A stretch of 64,000 bases of DNA from Monocercomonoides exilis PA203 (lineage: Eukaryota > Protista > Preaxostyla). Shown in pieces: positions 62,701-64,000 of this stretch. The stretch is taken from the NCBI GenBank assembly GCA_001643675.2, contig LSRY02000017.1:310001-374000 (forward strand), given 5' to 3'. A program made the position numbers and the translations under genes. A model generated the notes under the pieces. The model did no database searches and was not told the DNA's origin. It saw only the letters and a program-made list of their open reading frames with translations. Positions within the stretch are counted from its first letter, which is position 1. Each line of letters opens with the position of its first letter.

Positions 62701-64000
62701 CTGCTAATTCCAGTGGAGTTGCAGCACAAAAACGTTATGTCAGCATCATATGAAACTGTTACCAATTGTGATAAACGAACAAAGTGCAAAACGTTCAGCA
62801 CAACCTCTGTAACATTCATTGAACCTCCTGTCGCAGAAAGAAGACCGCACTCAACTGTGAAATCTGGTGCGGTTGATCTTGACGAAATTGTGCAATTGAA
62901 TATGTTAATGTTTCCTCCGCTTTGTTCGAAAAGTTGATGAGTTGTAGATACTCCAGGCATCCAGAAATCGATGTGCCAAAACTGAATTTTCTCTGGGGCA
63001 ACGCCAGAACGTGGGTGGTTTGTAAATTGAGTATCTGAATCAATAAGCATTTTGGAATATGAATTATTACATGTGAAATTCGTAACAATTGCTTGGAGTT
63101 CAACAGTATAATTTAATGTTGAAACATTGACTATGCGAATTTCTCGGATATTTCGAACATTTTTCACCCAATTCTCATCCAAACGCCAATGTGAATAATC
63201 AACTTTTCCACAAGGAAGGAGATCGTGTCCGCATCGAATGTGGTTTTTCTCTGAGTCATCAACATAAATTTCATTGATTGGTCGGAACAGCCAATAGAGC
63301 AATGTTGTGGAAACATTTTCGTTCGCATTTGCATTGTGACCCCAATAAGCAGGACGTGGAGTTTCTCTTGTATACGAATAATTGAACTGCAATCCCCAAA
63401 TATTGCTATCAAAGTTGAAACCTTCGATATAAATATCTGTTCCAAGTGTTGCATTACAATTACTGAACGATGTGTGATTGAATTGATAATCAACTTTGTT
63501 AAAATCATCCACAGATCCAATAATCTCATAATATATTCCACCTCCTCGGCCATTCAAGGTAGTAACTTCATAGTCTGGTGGAATAACAGCTTGATTTGAC
63601 GCTGAATGTGTAGGTGGAGTAATTGGAGCAGTGTATGCTTTGCAAGCTGTAAATATACAATTGTGAGTCTGAAATGCACTTTTCATTGAAGCCACAATAT
63701 AGATTGCACCTCCATCAAATGAATTTGATTCGCAATCACTGAAAGTTGTGTCACGGAAAATAATAGAGTGCTTAACTGTGTTTGTTTCGTTATTTAAATG
63801 ATAATTAAACACAGAGCCATTTGTTGCTGTTGCAACAATTTGAGAAAAATCGCAATTAGCAACAACAGTCTCAACAACATCTTTGTTCAAAAAGTAGCTT
63901 CCCTTTGCTGAAGTGCCTCTTGTAAATATTGAATTGGTTATCTTCATCGACGCTGCATTCGTCAGCCTTATTAATCCAGTTCCTGTAGTTTGCACATCTG
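50790..64000 (-). CDS. Giant (>4400 aa, 5'-truncated) type-I membrane protein: N-glycosylation-rich beta-helix repeat ectodomain, single TM, ~2400-aa Ser/Ala-rich repeat cytoplasmic tail
   Basis: The frame is open to the window edge. GGAIY/GGGIY motifs, four CG-x5-C caps and many NxS/T sequons. TM FLIFGLILVLLIILLLLFL followed by RNRSRK (~58040-57950). No kinase motifs in the tail. Confidence 0.9.
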   Translation of the reverse strand, partial: DVQTTGTGLIRLTNAASMKITNSIFTRGTSAKGSYFLNKDVVETVVANCDFSQIVATATNGSVFNYHLNNETNTVKHSIIFRDTTFSDCESNSFDGGAIYIVASMKSAFQTHNCIFTACKAYTAPITPPTHSASNQAVIPPDYEVTTLNGRGGGIYYEIIGSVDDFNKVDYQFNHTSFSNCNATLGTDIYIEGFNFDSNIWGLQFNYSYTRETPRPAYWGHNANANENVSTTLLYWLFRPINEIYVDDSEKNHIRCGHDLLPCGKVDYSHWRLDENWVKNVRNIREIRIVNVSTLNYTVELQAIVTNFTCNNSYSKMLIDSDTQFTNHPRSGVAPEKIQFWHIDFWMPGVSTTHQLFEQSGGNINIFNCTISSRSTAPDFTVECGLLSATGGSMNVTEVVLNVLHFVRLSQLVTVSYDADITFLCCNSTGISSDSQDILEAGTNSTGILEASYGGSIRISDCNFTTGTFTDGGFIRGVLPDEIHIFNFSRFDNFNTEKGNGSILNTWLGHEEPTSVHRNVDGDRINHVIIENCSFNSNNALTNHGGSLHCRLANPGNFTVADCTFDASVANKNTLGNGGGIYLGVDECDPSVVYLFSSLLFTNCDANLGKHIYVDGCLFDGVVTNPRFVNFVTEETPRDTLWGFNADAPENISTTLMYYLYRPYNAIYVTDVTEDTEKNHIRCGHYIVACGKLDYAYWRLSESQVIAKNIREIRVMTRTTLNYTINFDGKNVLMTTNQTQATIYVDPNTQLVYATSSNSESDLVRAYKLKWILPKSTDKQEFVSMSGGEMMFDTCQFVCVDHQTNFRFITITYGSFTVKNSMIDQFEFVGHSTMLDARQNGVVTFENSVINKIGSDQTGLFQVHDGAEIIFTHTNVSNCAQPLGSFIQSDNANRICITNSSTFENFSTTTSNGSMIIFDVREGNKLQIDGESEFHYGSTEENNGGSFYMRLDPLGEIKLSNSTITHSTAINGNGGAIYVIMTDDDSHTYIYDFSFLSWDRNQAIQGPNLYMRGPFFTDHVTDQCFNGSYSLDYIDDIWGFDTQTQRNTTLVDYFDKVTVSVYVKESNGSNFEGCGALLSPCQTIEYAYVRSRNTKVGKIVIMNNAELRQTLKNQGEVIIEGFNNSLLHVFNLTNLSSTSSSNFDQEAVFETNSSTTIRSLLVVVPSNIPAEKIFKTNKNALIFNNVELIPASSLNAVFPTLFSVQGGRLELINTLIEGITFRWPSFFVELIDPAEFYTDGLLVREMTIERPFINVSPGITVQITNSNLEKIHFPEHMIVDDHGTVLEVNSTTFYGMSTSNQNGTVLNALIGTDDVIVFNDNNNFQLMSSDDLNGGSMFVKVESNGKYHVIATNISNSTAHPVNGKGGGIYLHLLNGSTMDYLFSNMFFSNNSAEEGNNIYIYSEDLEKTIIEEKFDFDYNDSTYDEHSFVGRDDNEYQDDIDIRFFFRDFKNRVIYCQFEGRVDSQICGKKKDPCKTMTHGYTHLDQDLRNLELRICITTYLNRSIDVSDTLIAATDDDFVSIKIVYIGPDMEPGDGHSPLLYSNETFGFDRVSVYFPEDLNNRPQFLKSDVGSVFINSSSFVFPIKYNSTYSIPFVFAEIETGDLSIIDMSVSDAHLFSSLFTIHDYTKISVSSLYVDSLKIGEGPLFDISSVAIPCTPGPITPGVVNYPVAFENCNLKGITREDVGPAIVNLQKIEDASGAGDECWKVKISGTIVDGCTSHMSQPGTVISIEGWEVLINSTQFLGTNISASTDATAVCSWTSSFLHLGNCKSTIEYSSFKNSPDGALSVTGGHVTIHMASFENNSPRLRFYPSARRNIHCDGGSTIKIESVEPDDELERSDNMFMDNGNDERECVLSGPVFNNRMSWLFIPTLTNGSCSDPEDDIITIEFTGTSLLPCCLTFEIFRYTTTSDGQTLETDITEFPIGQIVYHTESTAYGPINSSLVELNEEWWTRIIYSGNDGSQHKTQAVMFKPITIQISKIGAPTVLPPFLIFGLILVLLIILLLLFLRNRSRKNQKAQMADDLQAQLEEQLNAMREPLEMNGLDGKVPGLHESKFDEDESDSERSEASSRPSSSEGSSPTNALLGDKPLLRSGRRKSKKSADEAAAPTMFPSLGARGAGPRQPDYSRGFEPADIADLRNNGMSPNFGGLVSNVSVVSFEHTNITSRTNLMSDPDIPLTDDDIERMAFGEDPLTTSGFLSPSELSPSGSKKTLPDGLSSKANSQMSSNSDRNRPSTFSPRRQNSVLGGLAPFRSPLANPPQTKKGKAGKAGKGGRDDSFEHDELPTGKDGSSPFDRSAQSRTNTNPAGFMFPFPSAGSPGANPLTAYQTNASGTGFNGSTAAQPGQDSPFAAASRMAPGSQMAPSAGQTSGSQASSSLHNRTAEHNTLISQQSSRMLQSTSVVDGPMMGGRRRQDFAGPNSEQFGEQVSSTFSPSEPFLGDYPTCNKSGSRQQNVDASGMPLRDASLYPASASNGNAANKFGGANSTLGRNPSAAMAASGQASRASLLPSSSSDSLGRSEKNERLAQSSSTVAGSSVGGAATGSSIASGLGGRRKKHATFVVGGDGLNDDINSVLQLAGAPSASSASSSSSASPSNMPSTSNITGAPLMLSASSSTAQAPSSSAFARNAQNQNLAQSAAGDKLSQSSTAFVGAGQYAPTKAGSKVERPSSKKRRQQSFAVNNNDQLPSSNEPLAQSSSQRSSPEGDSFKSNGDSQAMNAMNSGSAISAAAGNAISTSKASSSSQQPSVGITSPSLRSAQATQNNGTTSNIPYNLGFDTLGALGGRTAHGSTADLGALASVPSSSSAKADGPLKRRKRQASFAVSDTDALLYTDRPSNDSSKDETRNGDILSQTAPNGASASSSSSSDQLSAAEASKIRQGSQATAFGSNTPSLSSSTSPNAIGGGRTAQASSASLGANASAPTSASARADGPLNRRKRQASFAVDDGRNESVGATDTTEPASSTDESEESNELGSSLGSGLGAMSFVPSAAAAAILSKSASNQLSSSNAPQASKQSATNEVDNRRIAQSTSAALANNASAPKTSSSLADGPMNRRKLQTSFSVNDHSGLLPDAIDEVDEEQLFSQENSSANTKNQNEMKRLGAANTSASTASASSSVSPQSLPFGASPSGSNAVLSSNSAFAPSGAFGRTAQSSSAAMGAKAAAPSSSTAFAEGPINRRKRQSSFAAAPVVGDPFNQQSDSAQDGNEDEEESNAELMAQINENILGTMEPTNSSYAMSSAASSILSQSASQSAATSKDASSASAMSASSGAKGRTVQASSASLGANASAPITASSRADVLLNRRKRQASFAVLDQFNELPDTIPEEDNENKDAFETKASSGSSALGSTGNSQMFMPSAAAAAILAKSANKPSSSGVAPNSQKSMSSHGTNERFAQSSTAQLEANVLAPSSSSSKADGPLNRRKRQASFSVNDLESPSSTDSLNKLIAGEDSANPELASILADQSNPTESSGISFVPSAAAAAILAHAASNSASSSLSPSKDTSSAASDAVVGRTAQASAASLGAGASAPKSVSSRADGPMNRRRRQSSFTAGEQPSEQSGLIFGGSGEEATLEFNQASVPSGLNTSGSVVSFVPYSSGTSQASQASLQLLSLAEAPSSQSKSISSEMGGRSAQSSAAAVGVGATATTASSARADGPLNRRKRQASFTASDFALSSSDSLNALMTGEDASSSEMNSVHPLQSSSSESSDTSEFSFVPSAAAAAILAKAASRPTASSTTSSGAVADRAAQASSASLEANAAIPVSASARADGPMNRRRRQGSFVAISPSDSAAEGEATQDLLETIGQSSSAESSSLGFADRPFAPSASAAAILAKTASHPTTSSSVSISEGSDRAAQASAASLGANASAPTSASVRADGPLNRRRRQASFAVLNANDEIGEAIPEGEESNELGSTLGGALGTMSFAPSAAAAAILSKSASPSSTSAAIGESVQQKAAQGSMASVGLDAAAPSSSTAVSDDVMNRRKRQASFAVGEQEEKEYAPEEYLSDEEEYNDEEEMEEMGSDESDYMSDEEYDEGSDGDYEEDQNQLQTDIASMGDSMSQSFIIPSSGVGASSTAALARPAPTKAGASAASVNNFATAGIKRQASSGLLDGAGMKGRGLRRRQTFLGENAEEDNKSTKQEGGKTEEQREDDILSEITHGFEEYGVDGSEANLAGITKSESRRVIKPRDPKQLQHHASGYFVPKTYVTDYSHVKSTMAGISNSHSTRRLHRNRSTLLSKQPSSSQLSTTDLGMQSSSTTSLAAEASGQTVDRPRRRRRPLYESTIDTGRHRRVRRRVFRQGSSVRFDEASGVASPERVLSPGIISPSNSSSALPTSPSRRKFQSAVLRLMSPPNSQSKSRLLSPPRKSHIDASDVVRAFTSRQSSHLLSPPRKPAEPKK
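52020..56020 (-). repeat. Degenerate ~300-430-bp coding tandem repeat (~12 units) with core ADGP(L/M)NRR(K/R)RQ(A/S)SF
   Basis: The core recurs near 52030, 52335, 52660, 53000, 53350, 53715, 54070, 54445, 54815, 55170 and 55535, with a degenerate copy at 55960. Confidence 0.92.

Overview
This is eukaryotic genomic DNA: AT-rich intergenic regions, many short GT-AG introns and the standard genetic code. Gene-family content suggests an oxymonad such as Monocercomonoides (inference, not verified). The first ~2.2 kb holds non-coding foldback/MITE-like elements. Genes in order: a TBCC/RP2-domain gene (-); a SAMHD1-like HD dNTPase with a long disordered tail (+); Rab6 (+); a hypothetical ARM-like/Ser-rich protein (+); an intronless 3026-aa receptor-like protein with beta-helix ectodomain, one TM helix and a pseudokinase (-); a ~2370-aa class-II DYRK kinase spread over three long ORFs plus a short first exon (-); a divergent UBA1-architecture E1 enzyme (-); a TrmO/TsaA-family gene whose N- and C-terminal domains are separated by a ~2700-aa low-complexity insert (+); a Rad21/Rec8 kleisin (+); and a >4400-aa type-I membrane protein truncated by the window edge (-). 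Top findings: (1) the last protein has the same ectodomain and juxtamembrane module as the pseudokinase receptor, but its cytoplasmic tail is an array of ~11-14 repeats each carrying a basophilic RRKRQASF motif; (2) the E1 keeps its ATP-binding and catalytic residues but has lost the pocket that reads ubiquitin Arg72; (3) the giant split TrmO.
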